From: Octopus sinensis
Taxonomy: Eukaryota
Length of the DNA: 6,346 nt
Reading direction: 5' to 3'
Assembly (NCBI RefSeq): GCF_006345805.1
Contig: NW_021829392.1
Span: forward strand, 1-6,346
The notes below the pieces were generated by a model. The model searched no databases. It was given only the letters and a program-made list of their open reading frames with translations, and was not told the origin of the DNA. The position numbers were made by a program, and so were the translations under genes. Below are positions 6,217-6,346 of this stretch, piece after piece; the stretch's first letter is position 1; each line of letters opens with the position of its first letter.

Positions 6217-6269
6217 TGGGCATATGGCATAGTGATTAAGACACCTGATGAACGCTGGAGGGTATATCA
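6217..6269 (+). mobile_element. Internally deleted mirror arm of element C (start of tRNA head fused to hammerhead-like tail)
   Basis: 6222-6234 is the exact reverse complement of 6199-6211 (A box TGGCATAGTGA at 6225-6235). After TTAAGA the sequence jumps to AAGACAC-CTGATGA-A-CGCTG-GAGGGTATAT-CA, homologous to minus-strand 5318-5349. Confidence 0.7.
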
Positions 6270-6346
6270 CGGGTATAGTTCATGAAAATATCACTTCTAT
6301 AATTCATGTATATATATATGTATTCATCCATATGTATATATATCTT

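Overview
AT-rich, repeat-dense eukaryotic non-coding DNA (intron or intergenic) with no credible protein-coding gene; every ORF in the track is a microsatellite or SINE read-through. The SINE types and the very high (AT)n/(ATAC)n/(AAT)n load look like octopus (coleoid cephalopod) DNA. That assignment is recognition from memory and was not searched. Contents: three copies of one tRNA-derived SINE family (family A: 842-1000 on +, and a tandem pair at 2581-2982 and 3000-3384 on -), the 5' half of a second tRNA/CORE-like SINE (family B, 4625-4782), and a ~440-bp retro-like insertion nested in an (AAT)n/(AAC)n tract (5523-5964). Two unrelated inverted-repeat structures each carry a decayed hammerhead-ribozyme-like motif: an IR-bounded ~485-bp element (4008-4492), and a head-to-head tRNA-head/(AAT)n/hammerhead-like-tail element centred near 6216 (5283-6269). 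The window also has a cluster of near-perfect palindromes. One (882-910) has visibly overwritten a SINE B box when compared with the sister copies in this window.
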